The notes below the pieces were generated by a model. It ran no database searches and had not been told where the DNA came from. It saw nothing but the letters and a program-made list of their open reading frames with translations. Below are positions 62,701 through 64,000 of a stretch of 64,000 bases of DNA, in pieces. This stretch comes from Eledone cirrhosa. Lineage: Eukaryota. Each line of letters opens with the position of its first letter. Position 1 is the first letter of the stretch. The stretch spans positions 129,952,001-130,016,000 of the forward strand of contig OZ024744.1 in assembly GCA_964016885.1 (NCBI GenBank), given 5' to 3'. Position numbers and translations under genes: made by a program.

Positions 62701-64000
62701 TGGGGTTAAGTTAAGTTGGGGTTAAGTTAAGTTGGGATTAAGTTAAGTTGGGGTTAAGTTAAGTTGGGGTTGAGTTAAGTTGGGGTTAAGTTAGATTGTT
62801 GTTAAGTTATTTTGGGGTTAAGTTAAGTTGGGGTTAAGTTAAGTTGGGGTTAATTTAAGTTGGGGTTAAGTTAAGTGGGGGTTAAGTTGAGTTGGGGTTA
62901 AGTTAAGTTAGGGTTAAGTTAAGTTGGGGTTAAGTTAAGTTGGGGTTAAGATAAGTTGGGGTTAAGTTAAGTTGGGGTTGAGTTAAGTTCGGGTTGAGTT
63001 AATTTGGTGTTAACTTAAGTTGGGGTTAAGTTAAGTTGGGATTAAGTTAATTGGGGTTAAGTTAAGTTGGGGTTAAATTAAGTTCGGGTTAAGTTAAGTT
63101 CGGGTTAAGTTAACTTGGGGTTAAGTTAAGTTGGGGTTAAGTTAAGTTGGGGTTAAGTTAGGTTGGGGTTAAGTTATGTTGGGGGTAAGTTAAGTTGGGG
63201 GTAAGTTAAGTTGGGGGTAAGTTAAGTTGGGTCTAATTAAGTTGGGGTTAAGTTAAGTTGGGGTTAAGTTAAGTTGGGGGTAAGATAAGTTGGGGTTAGT
63301 TAAGTTGCGGTTAAGTTAAGTTGGGGTTAAGTTAAGTTGGGGTTAAGTTAAGTTGGGGTAAAGTTAAGTTGGGGGTAAGTTAAGTTGGGGGTAAGTTAAG
63401 TTGGGGGTAAGTTAAGTTGGGGTTAATTTAAGTTAGGTCTAATTAAGTTGGGGTTAAGTTAAGTTGGGGTTAAATTAAGTTGGGGTTAAGTTAAGTTGGG
63501 GTTAAGTTAAGTTGGGGTTAAGTTAAGTTGCGGTTAAGTTAAGTTGAGGTTAAGTTAAGTAGGGGTTAAATTATGTTGGGGTTAAGTTAAGTTCGGGTTA
63601 AGTTAAGTTGGGGTTAAGTTGAGTTGGGGATAAGTTAAGTTGGGGATAAGTTAAGTTGGGGTTAAGTTAAGTTGGGTTTAAGATAAGTTTGGGTTAAGTT
63701 AAGTTGGGGTTAAGTTAAGTTGGGGTTAAGTTAAGTTGGGGTTAAGTTAAGTTGGTTAGTTAAGTTGAGTTTAAGTTAAGTTGGGGTTAATTTAAGTTGG
63801 GGTTAAGTTAAGTTGGGGTTAAGTTAAGTTGGGGTTAAGTTAAGTTGGGGTTAAGTTAAGTTGCGGTTAAGTTAAGTTGAGGTTAAGTTAAGTTGGGGTT
63901 AAGTTAAGTTGGGGTTAAGTTAAGTTGGGGCTAAGTTAAGTTGGGGCTAAGTTAAGTTGGGGCTAAGTTAAGTTGGGGTTAATTTAACTTTGGGTTATGT
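55550..64000 (+). repeat. Recent duplication with 5,688-bp offset (second copy from ~61240 runs off the window end)
   Basis: Private 1-bp insertion GGGTCTCAATT at 56534 and 62222, TTAATTTAACTTTGGGTTATG at 58291/63979, and GGGGATAATTT at 55565/61253. All are offset by 5,688. Confidence 0.85.

Larger units (their letters stand above)
1..64000 (+). repeat. 16-bp tandem satellite array, consensus (GGGGTTAAGTTAAGTT)n, ~4,000 monomers, G-rich strand on +, running off both window edges
   Basis: GGGG runs recur every 16 nt (positions 4, 20, 36, 52...). Every line is this unit or a 1-3 nt variant of it. I saw no non-repeat sequence and no reverse-complement (AACTTAACTTAACCCC) block. Confidence 0.99.

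Noticed and set aside
1-64000. Protein-coding ORF or repeat protein on either strand
   Set aside because: TAA occurs twice per monomer on both strands and the 16-bp period cycles it through all frames, so open frames are only a few codons long.
1-64000. CRISPR array
   Set aside because: There are no unique spacers. The units are directly abutting 16-mers, with no leader or cas genes.
1-64000. Variants as sequencing noise, or the array as a synthetic or low-complexity artefact
   Set aside because: The same multi-base variants recur in identical order at fixed kb offsets, which random error would not produce. The copy number of individual blocks could still be mis-assembled.
1-64000. Assignment to a named satellite family or species
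   Set aside because: I do not recognise this exact 16-mer. A database search would be needed.

Overview
The whole 64 kb window is one uninterrupted, single-orientation tandem array of a 16-bp monomer, consensus GGGGTTAAGTTAAGTT, with roughly 4,000 copies. The + strand consensus is G6 T6 A4 with no C. I see no genes, RNA genes, transposons or unique sequence. TAA stops occur in all six frames because 16 is not a multiple of 3 and TTAA is palindromic. The informative signal is in the variant monomers, which recur in fixed order and reveal nested higher-order repeats (HORs) and recent multi-kb duplications. Hand-measured offsets are 128, 700, ~2,230, 3,731, ~3,740-3,790, 4,084, 4,437, ~5,300 and 5,688 bp. 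Diagnostic variants split the array into a left domain (1 to ~36.5 kb) and a right domain (~36.7 kb to the end). This looks like eukaryotic satellite DNA (centromeric, pericentromeric or subtelomeric/telomere-like), and the monomer is G-rich and telomere-like. Organism and function cannot be determined from this window. Boundaries were read by eye and are approximate to a few monomers.
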